NCBI GenBank assembly: GCA_049515615.1 | Contig: JBEKTX010000001.1 | Coordinates: 1-46,899 of the forward strand | Origin: Spirochaetia bacterium | GTDB taxonomy: Bacteria > Spirochaetota > Spirochaetia > SZUA-6 > Fen-1364 | Direction of reading: 5' to 3' | Length of the DNA stretch: 46,899 nt | Position numbers and translations under genes: made by a program | Notes under the pieces: model-generated | Database searches by the model: none | What the model saw: the letters and a program-made list of their open reading frames with translations, nothing else | Told to the model about the DNA's origin: nothing | In this document: one piece after another, positions 1 through 8,477 of the stretch | Numbering within the stretch: the first letter of the stretch is position 1 | Layout of the letters: every line of letters begins with the position of its first letter

Positions 1-1
1 A

Positions 2-1015
2 CGTCAAGACGGGGCAGGACTCAGAAAGGCCATAACCGACGGAGACATCCACTCCCCTCTTGAGCGCGGCAATCGCCACCGACTTCGGGAGCGCCGCGCC
101 GCCGATGAGGACCCTCCAACCGGAAAGATTCACATTCGCGGCTGCCGGGCTGCTCACGAGCATGTTCAGAATGGTCGGGACGCAGTGGGAGAAGGTGACC
201 TTTTCCTCCGTGATGAGTCTCAGCAGCATTTCCGGAACGTACTTGCCGGGGTAGACCTGTTTGACCCCGAGCATGGTCGCCACGTAGGGGATGCCCCAGG
301 CGTGAACATGGAACATCGGCGTCAGCGGCATGTACACGTCTTCCCTGTGGAAACGGCCTTGCGTGACGGCGGAAGCGAGCGTGGCAATGGTCCCGAGAGT
401 ATGCAGGACGAGCTGCCGGTGGCTGAAGTACACTCCCTTCGGCATCCCCGTGGTCCCGGTTGAATAGAACGTTGTGGCGCGAGTGTTCTCGTCCAGCTCG
501 GGGAACTCAGCAATGGGATCCGCGGCGGCCAGCAGGGCTTCATATTCTCCGTCGAGCGTCACCGCGGGAGCCGCACCGGTTTCGTTTATGAGGATGAGCT
601 TCTTCACCGTGTCCATGCGCCCCTTGATCTGGTCCAGCATGGGAAGAAACTCCGAGTTCACGATAATGACCGTGTCCTCGGCGTGAGAGATGGTGTAGAC
701 GAGCTGCTCCGTGGAGAGACGCGTGTTGACGGTGTGCAGGACGGCGCCGATCATGGGCACGGCGAAGAAGCACTCGAGATAGCGGTGGCTGTCCCAGTCC
801 ATGACCGCAACGGTATCGCCGGGTCTGACGCCGATCTTTCCGAGTGCCGAGGCGAGTCGGCGGACCCTCTCATGGAACTGCCGGTAAGTGAAGCGAACCG
901 CCCCCCGATAAACGATTTCCTGATCGGGATTGTCCACGACGGGAGCGAACAGCAGATTCTTGATCAGGAGAGGGTAGCCGTAGGCTGATTCGGTTTGAAA
1001 GATAAGATTGCTCAT
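2..1015 (-). CDS. AMP-dependent acyl-CoA synthetase/ligase (fatty-acid--CoA ligase family), 3' end cut by window edge
   Basis: Absent from the ORF track because it has no stop in the window. My translation of the minus strand from the ATG (cat at 1013-1015) gives MSNLIFQTESAYGYPLLIKNLLFAPV...TTFYSTGTTGMPKGVYFSHRQLVLH...VGYGLSESCP. This includes the AMP-binding motif (S/T)GTTGxPKG. The frame stays open to base 2. The start overlaps the upstream gene stop as ATGA (1012-1015). Confidence 0.85.
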   Translation of the reverse strand, partial: MSNLIFQTESAYGYPLLIKNLLFAPVVDNPDQEIVYRGAVRFTYRQFHERVRRLASALGKIGVRPGDTVAVMDWDSHRYLECFFAVPMIGAVLHTVNTRLSTEQLVYTISHAEDTVIIVNSEFLPMLDQIKGRMDTVKKLILINETGAAPAVTLDGEYEALLAAADPIAEFPELDENTRATTFYSTGTTGMPKGVYFSHRQLVLHTLGTIATLASAVTQGRFHREDVYMPLTPMFHVHAWGIPYVATMLGVKQVYPGKYVPEMLLRLITEEKVTFSHCVPTILNMLVSSPAAANVNLSGWRVLIGGAALPKSVAIAALKRGVDVSVGYGLSESCPVLT

Positions 1016-1752
1016 TTTGTGTCCTCCCACGTAACGGAATAATCCAGCGGCCGATCCAGTACGAGGATCCTGAGAACGGGAATCCGGAACACCACGCCGC
1101 CGCCGCTTATCGTCCCGCCTGATTGCGAGATGATTTCTCCCGGCGGCTGGATCGTCATGGTGATGAACGATTTCTTGAGGAGCCCTGGCGCGTCCTCGCC
1201 CATCGAGAAGCGTATCATGGCAAGGTAGTCATCGTCGGTCACCTGCCCGCTGCCCTGGGGACCGAGCTGCGCAACAAGAGGATCCCGCAGGGATGGAAAA
1301 AGACCGGCAAGCTGGCTCCACGTGGCGCGGTCCAGGTGCAGCCTCAGGGTGCTCCTGTCTCCCGCATCGACAAGGGCAAGGGCGCCGGTGTCCTTCAAGG
1401 CATCCTGGCTGCGCAGCAGGTCCTGCAGGGAATTGAACCCGAGCTCCAGATCGAGGACGCTCGATGTCGGCGTTGAAACCTTCCTCACGAAGATTCCCGG
1501 CCGTGACTGGAAGTCCTTCCTGATCGCTGCTGCATCGAAAACCCTGCCCTCCTTCAGGGGACTCGCATTTCCGGAAAGCTCCGCGAGGCTCGCCAGGTAA
1601 TCGCGAAGGAGAGGGGAGACCTCCGCGTGCATCACGAACGTCCCGCTCCCGTCGTTGGCGATGGCGATAGTCTGGTTCGCCGTGCAGGAGGCGAGGGCGA
1701 GCGCGCCAAGAAGGCACGATCCCCGGAGAACGAGACGGAGACTCCACGGCAT
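1012..1752 (-). CDS. putative lipoprotein, unknown function
   Basis: ORF 1012..1854. The internal ATG at 1752 gives MPWSLRLVLRGSCLLGALALASC/TANQ, a signal peptide with lipobox (LASC). No family recognised. Confidence 0.6.
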   Translation of the reverse strand: MPWSLRLVLRGSCLLGALALASCTANQTIAIANDGSGTFVMHAEVSPLLRDYLASLAELSGNASPLKEGRVFDAAAIRKDFQSRPGIFVRKVSTPTSSVLDLELGFNSLQDLLRSQDALKDTGALALVDAGDRSTLRLHLDRATWSQLAGLFPSLRDPLVAQLGPQGSGQVTDDDYLAMIRFSMGEDAPGLLKKSFITMTIQPPGEIISQSGGTISGGGVVFRIPVLRILVLDRPLDYSVTWEDTK

Positions 1753-1853
1753 GTTCCAGACGTTAGCGCGCCGTTCCCGGACCGTCAAGTTTGCGGAGCC
1801 GGAACACGCCCGCCCCTTGTCCGGCTGATAGCAAACACTTAGTATCCCTCCCA

Positions 1854-3779
1854 ATGCCCACGATCACCGTTCTGCCCGTGAGAAAAATCCTCGCTGTCGA
1901 GCGGGGCACGCTCCTGCGCGAGGCCCTCCAGAGCGCGCGGATCATGCTCGACTACCCCTGCAGTGGACGCGGAAGCTGCCGCCAGTGCCGGGTGAGTGTG
2001 GATCCGCCGCCTGCGGCCGGAAAGGAAGGCTTGAAAGAGAGCGACAGCGCCGCGGGACTGCGGCTTGCCTGTCGGCTTCCGATCTCGGAAGACTGCACGG
2101 TGACGATCCCGGGCTCACGCTCTTCCGTGCAGGCGTGGCAGCAGGGACTGCGCGACAAGGACATCGAGGTGGGGATTGAAAGCCCGTCGGTGCGGCGCGT
2201 GGAAGTCACCCTGGCAGAGCCGCATCTGGAGGATCAGCGCGCTGACTGGGAGAGACTTGCGGCGGCTCTCGCCGAGCTCGGGATTTCCGCGGGTGCTCCT
2301 GACATCTCATCCCTTGAGCGGCTCTCGCGCATCCTCCGGGAATCAGGCTGGAAGGTCGATGCGCTTTGTGAGGAGAACGAGCTGCTCACGTTGGATTCAA
2401 AGGCGGCGGGCGACATAAGCGGAGTCCCTGCGGGCCGAAGCAATGAATCCGTCCCTGCGGGCCGAAGCAATGAATCCGTCCCTGCGGGCCGAAGCAATGA
2501 ATCCGTCCCTGCGGGCCGAAGCAATGAATCCGTCCCTGTGGGCCGAAGCTTTGGGTTCGCAGTGGATCTCGGCACCACGACTGTCGACCTCGCACTGGTG
2601 GACCTGGAATCAGGCGAGCGGATCGCGCGGAGCGCCTTTCTCAACGGTCAGGTCTCGTTCGGGGCGGACGTCATATCGCGCGCGCAGAGTTTCCACACGG
2701 ACCGCGTGCCGGTGCGGGAAGCGGCTCTCCGAACGATCGACGAAGGTGCGCGCCGGATGCTCGAGAAAGCGGGGATCCCGCCTGGGCGTGTCGTGAAAAC
2801 CGTCGTGGTGGGCAACCCCATCATGATCCACATATTCAACGGCATCGACCCCTTGCAGCTCACGCGCGTGCCGTATGTCCCGCTGATCGCCGGGTCAGTG
2901 CGCAGCGCGCCACGGGATTTCGGCTGGGCGTTCCAGGAGTGCGGGTATGTGGAGACGCTTCCGCTCGTCTCGGCGTACGTCGGGGCGGACACAATCGGGA
3001 TGATCGTCGCCCTGGACCTCGAGAAGGAAAGAACGACCTCACTCTCCATCGACATAGGGACAAACGGCGAAATGGTGCTGGCGCAGGCAGGGAAGCTGCT
3101 GGCCACCTCGACGGCGGCCGGACCGGCATTCGAGGGTGCGGAGATTTCCTGCGGCATGAGGGCTCTCGACGGGGCGATCTATAACGTGACAATCTCGAGC
3201 AGCGGCGGGCTGCAGCTCCGGGTTGTCGGGGGCGGCGCGCCCCGTGGACTCTGCGGCACGGGCCTGATTTCCGGCATCGCCGCGTTGTTGAATCTCGGGC
3301 TCCTCGATACGACGGGAAGGATCGTAGACTCCGTCGATGCGGATCCACCTGCGCTCAAAGAGAGAGTCTTTTCTCTCTCTGGGGAGCCGGCATTCTCCCT
3401 GTCCGAGGACCGCGAAGTCTACATATCCCAGAACGACATCAGGAAGCTCCAGCTGGCCAAGGGTGCCGTGCGCACGGGCATCGAGACGCTCCTCGAGGTA
3501 AGCGGCCTGAACGCGGACAGGCTAGATGTGCTTCGCCTGGCCGGCAACTTCGGCGCGGGTCTCGATGCCGGGGCGGCGATGCGCATCGGGCTTATTCCCC
3601 CGATGGATCTCGAGCGGGTGCAGGTGGTGGGCAATGCGGCGCTGCGCGGGGCGATCATGGTTCTCCTCTCGCGTGACTGCCGGCGAAAAGCGCAGAGCGC
3701 GGCGCGCAACACGAGCTTCGTCGAGCTTGGAGGCAAGCCCGAGTTCCAGGCCAGGTTCATGGATTCGATGATGTTCTAA
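1854..3779 (+). CDS. RACo/AcsV-like protein: N-terminal 2Fe-2S ferredoxin-like domain plus ASKHA (DUF4445) ATPase domain
   Basis: ATG at 1854 (MPTITVLPV...). Cys cluster CSGRGSCRQCRV...LACR. ASKHA phosphate motifs FAVDLGTTTVDLALVDL and IDIGTNGEMV, also GPAFEGAEISCGM. This is the architecture of corrinoid reductive activases. Confidence 0.8.
   Translation: MPTITVLPVRKILAVERGTLLREALQSARIMLDYPCSGRGSCRQCRVSVDPPPAAGKEGLKESDSAAGLRLACRLPISEDCTVTIPGSRSSVQAWQQGLRDKDIEVGIESPSVRRVEVTLAEPHLEDQRADWERLAAALAELGISAGAPDISSLERLSRILRESGWKVDALCEENELLTLDSKAAGDISGVPAGRSNESVPAGRSNESVPAGRSNESVPAGRSNESVPVGRSFGFAVDLGTTTVDLALVDLESGERIARSAFLNGQVSFGADVISRAQSFHTDRVPVREAALRTIDEGARRMLEKAGIPPGRVVKTVVVGNPIMIHIFNGIDPLQLTRVPYVPLIAGSVRSAPRDFGWAFQECGYVETLPLVSAYVGADTIGMIVALDLEKERTTSLSIDIGTNGEMVLAQAGKLLATSTAAGPAFEGAEISCGMRALDGAIYNVTISSSGGLQLRVVGGGAPRGLCGTGLISGIAALLNLGLLDTTGRIVDSVDADPPALKERVFSLSGEPAFSLSEDREVYISQNDIRKLQLAKGAVRTGIETLLEVSGLNADRLDVLRLAGNFGAGLDAGAAMRIGLIPPMDLERVQVVGNAALRGAIMVLLSRDCRRKAQSAARNTSFVELGGKPEFQARFMDSMMF
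2424..2558 (+). repeat. 27-bp tandem repeat, 4 perfect copies plus 1 degenerate, in frame inside the RACo-like CDS
   Basis: Unit gtccctgcgggccgaagcaatgaatcc at 2424-2450, 2451-2477, 2478-2504 and 2505-2531. A fifth copy (2532-2558) matches the first 18 nt with 1 mismatch and then diverges. Encodes (VPAGRSNES)x4 just before the ASKHA domain. Confidence 0.95.
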
Positions 3780-3819
3780 GCCCGGCGGCCCGCAGGGACG
3801 CATTTGTCGCGGCGGCAAC

Positions 3820-4476
3820 TCACCTGCCGGAGAGGACGCCCTGCAGGAAGCCGCCGCGCGGCGGGCATGTAAACCATCGGCCGCTGATCTTTCGCGCCTT
3901 TTCCTCCAGCGTGCGGTCGATGAACGCGGCATATTCCTCCGGATCGATCGCGCCGCGTTGGAAGCCGTTTGCGATGATCGCTGCGCTTCCCGGCGATGCC
4001 AGCAGCGCCGAGGCCAGACCTCGGAAAGATTCACGGGCCGCGCTTTCCACGGGACCTGTCGCGGGACCCCCGCTGACGAAGCTCACTACTCCGGCTCCGC
4101 GTTCCAAGAAAGAGCCCAGCAGCTCCCGTGCGAGAAACACCGGGCCCTTCGCGTCGTCGAATGCCCGTTCGATGTCCGCGCTCGCGGCCTCGCTCAGCGT
4201 CGCTGCCACAGGGAACGGCGGCTCGAGGATCAGCGCCTCGTCGAGAGTCTCGAACGCGTTGAGCACGGAAAGCACCACCGCGCGCGCGGAGACGGGCGAC
4301 CGTCGGTTCCACGCCAGGGCGAGCAGGTTCCTTACCGCGCCGCCCGCGGTAGCGGCACGGTTCGAAGCGCCGCGATCCGAAACAGAGGCCACCGAATAGC
4401 CCCGGGTGACGAACAGCCGCACAAGCGCGGCGCCGAGCGGAGAGTCGGCTTCCGTGACAAGAATCGTTCGCGGCAT
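3820..4476 (-). CDS. short-chain dehydrogenase/reductase-like Rossmann protein with degenerate cofactor and catalytic motifs
   Basis: ORF 3820..4482 starts at a GTG; the ATG is at 4476 (MPRTILVTEADSPLGAALV...). The layout is SDR-like, but TGxxxGxG is replaced by TEADSPLG. The YxxxK position reads ESAAR (PVESAARESFRGLASAL). Confidence 0.55.
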   Translation of the reverse strand: MPRTILVTEADSPLGAALVRLFVTRGYSVASVSDRGASNRAATAGGAVRNLLALAWNRRSPVSARAVVLSVLNAFETLDEALILEPPFPVAATLSEAASADIERAFDDAKGPVFLARELLGSFLERGAGVVSFVSGGPATGPVESAARESFRGLASALLASPGSAAIIANGFQRGAIDPEEYAAFIDRTLEEKARKISGRWFTCPPRGGFLQGVLSGR

Positions 4477-4520
4477 CGGCACATACTAACGGGCCGCGTG
4501 TGCTCGGTCAACGCGGGCCG

Positions 4521-4600
4521 CGCCGACAAATGCGCCCCTTCGGGTCGCCGACAAATGCGCCCCTTCGGGTCGCCGACAAATGCGCCCCTTCGGGTCGCCG
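4521..4600. repeat. 25-bp tandem repeat x3 (plus 5 nt) in the divergent SDR-like/nadE intergenic region
   Basis: Unit cgccgacaaatgcgccccttcgggt at 4521-4545, 4546-4570 and 4571-4595, all identical, then cgccg (4596-4600). Each junction forms the imperfect hairpin GCGCCCC-TTC-GGGTCGC. Confidence 0.95.
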
Positions 4601-4604
4601 GGCA

Positions 4605-4633
4605 TTGTCACTTGTGTCGGTTCCCTGTTAGAT
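4605..4633 (+). promoter_or_regulatory. candidate sigma-70 promoter of nadE
   Basis: TTGTCA (4605-4610), 17-nt spacer, TTAGAT (4628-4633). It sits directly downstream of the 25-bp repeats and 23 nt upstream of the nadE ATG. The -10 element is weak. Confidence 0.3.
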
Positions 4634-4655
4634 TCGATCAGAGGAGGCATGCCGG

Positions 4656-6290
4656 ATGAAGGTCGCCTGCGGGCAGATCAATCCAACAATAGGCGATTTC
4701 TCGGGCAATTGCGCGAAAGTCATCTCCTTCGCGGAGCAGGCTCGGGCGGCAGGGTGCTCCCTGGTTGTGTTTCCAGAGCTGTGCCTCTGCGGGTATCCGC
4801 CGATGGACCTGCTGGAATACGACCGCTTCGTGGAAGAGAACCTGAAATCGCTCCGCAGCCTTCAGGCGGGCGCACCAGGCGGAATCGGCCTCATCGTGGG
4901 ATACGTGGACAGAAATCGGTCGCGTCCGGGCAAAGGGCTCCTCAATGTCGCTTCTCTCATTTCCGACGGAAAAATCATCCATTCCCAGGCCAAGACGCTC
5001 CTTCCGACGTATGACGTCTTCGATGAAGCGCGGTGGTTCGAGAGCGCCGATACCCGCACAGTCGTATCGTTCGGCGGAGAGCGCCTGGGCATCGCGATCT
5101 GCGAAGACATCTGGTGGGAAGGTGAGACTGCACCCGGGCTGCGCTACCCCGTCGACCCCGTCGCCGAGCTCCTCGACGCAGGGGCGACTCTCATCGTGTC
5201 CCCCTCCGCGTCGCCGTTCTACGCGGACAAGCCCGCGGTTCGGCTTGACCTCCTCTCGCGCATCGGCACAACCGCGGGAGTGCCGGTCGTGTACGTCAAT
5301 ACTGTCGGGGCAAACGACAACATCATTTTCGACGGCCAGAGCATGGTCACCTCTGCGGAAGGGAAGCTCCTCTTCCTCGGAAAGCCATTTGAGGAGGAGC
5401 TCGGCGTCGTGGAGACAGGCGCCCTCGGTCCCGAGATGCCGCTTCCGCAGGATCCGCTCGCACAAATCGAGGGGGCGCTCGTTCTGGGGATCCGGGACTA
5501 CGTTCGCAAATGCGGCTTCACCCGGGTGCACCTCGGTCTCTCCGGCGGCATCGATTCCGCGCTCGTGGCGGTGCTCGCCGTCGAGGCGCTGGGCGCGGAC
5601 AGGGTGGTTGTGTGTGGTCTGCCCTCCCGCTACTCCTCGGAGGGAAGCGTCGCGGATGCGCGCGCGCTGGCGGATGCGCTCGGCATCTCTTTGGAGATGA
5701 TCTCGATCGAGGACATCTTCGGCGCATTCTTGAATGCTCTCCAGCCGACATTCGCGGGAACGAAGCCGGATATCACGGAGGAGAACATCCAGGCGCGCAT
5801 CCGCGGGACGCTCCTCATGGCATACTCGAACAAGTTCAATTCGCTGCTGCTCACGACGGGAAACAAGTCGGAGCTGGCCACGGGATACTGCACCCTCTAC
5901 GGCGACATGAGCGGAGGGCTGGCGGTGATTGGCGACCTGCTGAAGATGCAGGTGTATGCCGTTGCCCGCTCGATCAATGCGCGCTCGCCCCTTATTCCGG
6001 AGGCAATCCTCACAAAACCTCCTTCGGCCGAGCTGCGGCCGGACCAGAAGGACCAGGATTCCCTGCCGCCGTACGAGACCCTGGACGCCATTCTGGATAA
6101 GCACCTCGTGCAGAACCTGTCAGTGGAGGACATTGCGGCGTTCGGGTTCGACAAGGGTCTCGTCCGCTCCGTCATCGCAATGGTGGAAAAAGCGGAATAC
6201 AAACGCCGCCAGGCGCCGCCCGTGCTGAAGGTGTCTCCCAAGGCGTTCGGCACGGGCCGGCGGATCCCCATCGCGCGCAAGATGTTCTAG
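4656..6290 (+). CDS. nadE: glutamine-dependent NAD+ synthetase
   Basis: N-terminal nitrilase/CN-hydrolase glutaminase domain (VVFPELCLCGYP, LGIAICEDIW) plus a C-terminal NAD synthetase domain with PP-loop LGLSGGIDSALV. RBS GAGGAGG lies 8 nt upstream of the ATG. Confidence 0.95.
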   Translation: MKVACGQINPTIGDFSGNCAKVISFAEQARAAGCSLVVFPELCLCGYPPMDLLEYDRFVEENLKSLRSLQAGAPGGIGLIVGYVDRNRSRPGKGLLNVASLISDGKIIHSQAKTLLPTYDVFDEARWFESADTRTVVSFGGERLGIAICEDIWWEGETAPGLRYPVDPVAELLDAGATLIVSPSASPFYADKPAVRLDLLSRIGTTAGVPVVYVNTVGANDNIIFDGQSMVTSAEGKLLFLGKPFEEELGVVETGALGPEMPLPQDPLAQIEGALVLGIRDYVRKCGFTRVHLGLSGGIDSALVAVLAVEALGADRVVVCGLPSRYSSEGSVADARALADALGISLEMISIEDIFGAFLNALQPTFAGTKPDITEENIQARIRGTLLMAYSNKFNSLLLTTGNKSELATGYCTLYGDMSGGLAVIGDLLKMQVYAVARSINARSPLIPEAILTKPPSAELRPDQKDQDSLPPYETLDAILDKHLVQNLSVEDIAAFGFDKGLVRSVIAMVEKAEYKRRQAPPVLKVSPKAFGTGRRIPIARKMF

Positions 6291-8362
6291 CCGGAGAACC
6301 TCGGCAGGGTCGGAAACTCCACCCCGAGGCGCAGGCCCGCGAGGACTTCCGTGGCCACCCTTCTCGAATCGACGGGACCTGCTCTGGGGGCCGGGCTCTG
6401 CTTGCCCGCCGGGCCCTGCTTGCCCGCCGGGCCCTGCTTGCCCGCCGGGCCCTGCTTGCCCGCGGGACCCTGCTTGCTGCCGTTCGCGTTGACCCCTGCC
6501 GCGTCCCCGCGCGTAGGCTGAATGAAAGCCGTGCCAATCGGGACGCATCTGGCCGAAGCAAGGCAGTCCTGGGCCAGCCTTGCCAGGAGGTGTCTCTCCG
6601 TTTCACCGGGAGACAGCGCTCTCAATTGGAGCAGGAGCAGCGCCGTCTCGTGCCCGGCGCACAGAAGTCTCTGTCGTGCAAAAGAGTCCAGGAGGTATCC
6701 CGACTGGGGAAACGCAGGCTTTTCGTCAGGCGGCTCGTCGTGCACACGAATCCATGGCGACAGCAGGGACGCAAACAAGCGTGCGCTGTCTGCCGCGTGG
6801 GCGCGCGCCGCGGCCGTACTGCTGACAGAGGGCTCGACAGGCTTGTAACCCAGGCCGCGCATCTCCACGTACAGCCTCGCCGCAAGCAGGGCGCCCGCGG
6901 CATCGGAGCCCCTGCCTTCGCGGGAGGCCGGAGGCTGGAACGGGTCCCACGCGATGCTCGAAAAACGACGGACAAGCACGTCGAGAGCTTTCCTGTACCG
7001 ATCATGGCCGGTTCGCGCGAACACGCGGGACAAGGGAAAGAAGACTTCCAGCCCGGCAAGACCAGGAGAGGAATCGGGGATGACGGTGCTGGATGAAGGC
7101 GAATGAAGGCCGCCCGGCGCGATCATCTTTCCCTTCGCGTCCAGGAAGAAATCAACGAATCGCAGGCCGGCGAGAAAATACTTCTCATGCGGCCGTCCTT
7201 TTTCGGCCAACTCGTCCGACAGTGCGAGAAGGAGCTCCGCGACTCGCGCCGATTGGCCGACCGAGAGAATGTCACTGCCCGCCTTGCCGCGCACTCCGCG
7301 CCATCGTCCGGAAGGGATATGGAAGCTTTCGTAAAAAAAACCCCAGGGAACCTGGCCCTTGAGGGCGAAATCCGCCAGCCGAAGCGCGAGCTCGCCGATG
7401 CGCGCATCCTCGGGACAAAGCCTCCGCAGGGCGAGGGCGCACCCCAGCCCTGCCGACGCGGATATCCACGGGCTGTCGGGGAGCTCTCTCAGCCCGGCAA
7501 CTCCGCCGTTCTGGTAGTGGTGTACCTTGAGAGTGCCCTGGAGCGCATCGGCCAGGGCGCCCGTGTCGACCTCCTTGAGGGCAGCCGGCGCATCCGGCGC
7601 ATGCGTAATCCGCTCGAGCACTGCTGCTCCGCCGCGCACCGCAATCTCCTCGCGCGAAGCGAAGGCAAGGCAGAGCTCGTGCGATCTCTCGAGGGTCCCC
7701 GGGGATTCAATGAGCGCATCCTCGGGGGGCACCAGGTCACCTGGTTTCGGCCCAATGCGCCCCGCGGGTTCTTCAATTCCGGGAAAGCGCAGCTCCACCT
7801 TCAGCCGCGCCGGCTCGTCTTCCCCTTCCGCTTCCGTGCGGGAGATGCCGATGCTGCCAGGAGTACCCTCGCAGGACGCGGACGGGGAAAAGATCAGGAC
7901 GCCCTTCCTGCCGAGGGAGAGGAAAAGGCTCAAGGGAAAGGCCGTTTTCTCTCCGAAGAACGAGAGAGCTGACGCGGGAAGACCACGGGCCGCATGGAGG
8001 CCGGGAAAGAGGCAGGAGAGGTCCGCGGGGGGATCGAACTGCACGTCGATACTGAGGTGGACGGTCCCCGGAGTCTTCATCGACCATGTCCGGGACAGTG
8101 AGATCCCCGCGGCATCCTCGCTGATCCGGTCCCGTATCTCGCCGAACAGGAAGAAAGCACGTACTTCGTGGATGCCGATCGGCGCCTGCGGCGCCTTCCT
8201 TCCCTTCCGGCCTTTCTCCTTTTCCTCGGCGGGGGACGTGAGCACGATGCTCTCCGCCGGGCGATCATGCCCGTTCCAGTAGAAGCGGTAGGGAACGGAC
8301 AAGCTCAGGCCGGTGTCCGAGACGATGGTGATGCTGCGCGAGTCGGGCTGAATGACGTTCAT
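6287..8362 (-). CDS. hypothetical 691-aa cytoplasmic protein with a C-terminal Gly-X-Y hexapeptide repeat
   Basis: Long ORF with an ATG start and protein-like, non-shadow composition. No signal peptide and no family recognised. The stop overlaps the nadE stop region by 4 nt (convergent). Confidence 0.6.
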   Translation of the reverse strand: MNVIQPDSRSITIVSDTGLSLSVPYRFYWNGHDRPAESIVLTSPAEEKEKGRKGRKAPQAPIGIHEVRAFFLFGEIRDRISEDAAGISLSRTWSMKTPGTVHLSIDVQFDPPADLSCLFPGLHAARGLPASALSFFGEKTAFPLSLFLSLGRKGVLIFSPSASCEGTPGSIGISRTEAEGEDEPARLKVELRFPGIEEPAGRIGPKPGDLVPPEDALIESPGTLERSHELCLAFASREEIAVRGGAAVLERITHAPDAPAALKEVDTGALADALQGTLKVHHYQNGGVAGLRELPDSPWISASAGLGCALALRRLCPEDARIGELALRLADFALKGQVPWGFFYESFHIPSGRWRGVRGKAGSDILSVGQSARVAELLLALSDELAEKGRPHEKYFLAGLRFVDFFLDAKGKMIAPGGLHSPSSSTVIPDSSPGLAGLEVFFPLSRVFARTGHDRYRKALDVLVRRFSSIAWDPFQPPASREGRGSDAAGALLAARLYVEMRGLGYKPVEPSVSSTAAARAHAADSARLFASLLSPWIRVHDEPPDEKPAFPQSGYLLDSFARQRLLCAGHETALLLLQLRALSPGETERHLLARLAQDCLASARCVPIGTAFIQPTRGDAAGVNANGSKQGPAGKQGPAGKQGPAGKQGPAGKQSPAPRAGPVDSRRVATEVLAGLRLGVEFPTLPRFSG
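6391..6480 (-). repeat. 18-bp tandem repeat x5, in frame, encoding (GPAGKQ)n
   Basis: Unit ccgggccctgcttgcccg is perfect at 6409-6426, 6427-6444 and 6445-6462, with variant flanking copies at 6391-6408 and 6463-6480. Protein reads KQGPAGKQGPAGKQGPAGKQGPAGKQSPA. Confidence 0.9.
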
Positions 8363-8432
8363 GAACGGTGTCCGATGGATGGACTATAGTATGGAGAGCG
8401 ATCGCTGCCTACCGAACGTTGCAGACCTTCGA

Positions 8433-8461
8433 TTGACACCCCGAAAGACGGCACCTATCCT
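8433..8461 (+). promoter_or_regulatory. candidate sigma-70 promoter of radA
   Basis: TTGACA (8433-8438), 17-nt spacer, TATCCT (8456-8461). It lies 17 nt upstream of the radA ATG. Confidence 0.45.
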
Positions 8462-8477
8462 CGGAGCGAGGATCCCG

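Noticed and set aside
4521-4600. Possible mini-CRISPR array
   Set aside because: The repeats are directly adjacent with no spacers. There are only three units, and no cas genes or leader.
4638-6104. 488-aa ORF on the minus strand across nadE
   Set aside because: It is antisense to a gene with unmistakable NadE motifs. The product is Arg/Gly/Pro/His-rich with no motif. This is a typical shadow ORF of GC-rich DNA.
6391-6480. Bacterial collagen-like domain
   Set aside because: Only eight Gly-X-Y triplets in a protein without a signal peptide. This is far shorter than triple-helix-forming bacterial collagens and more likely a flexible linker created by slippage.
7333-7340. A8 homopolymer (T8 on the coding strand) inside the 691-aa ORF as a phase-variation tract
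   Set aside because: It simply encodes Phe-Phe (WGFFYE). There is no evidence of frame variation, and eight bases is short for a contingency locus.
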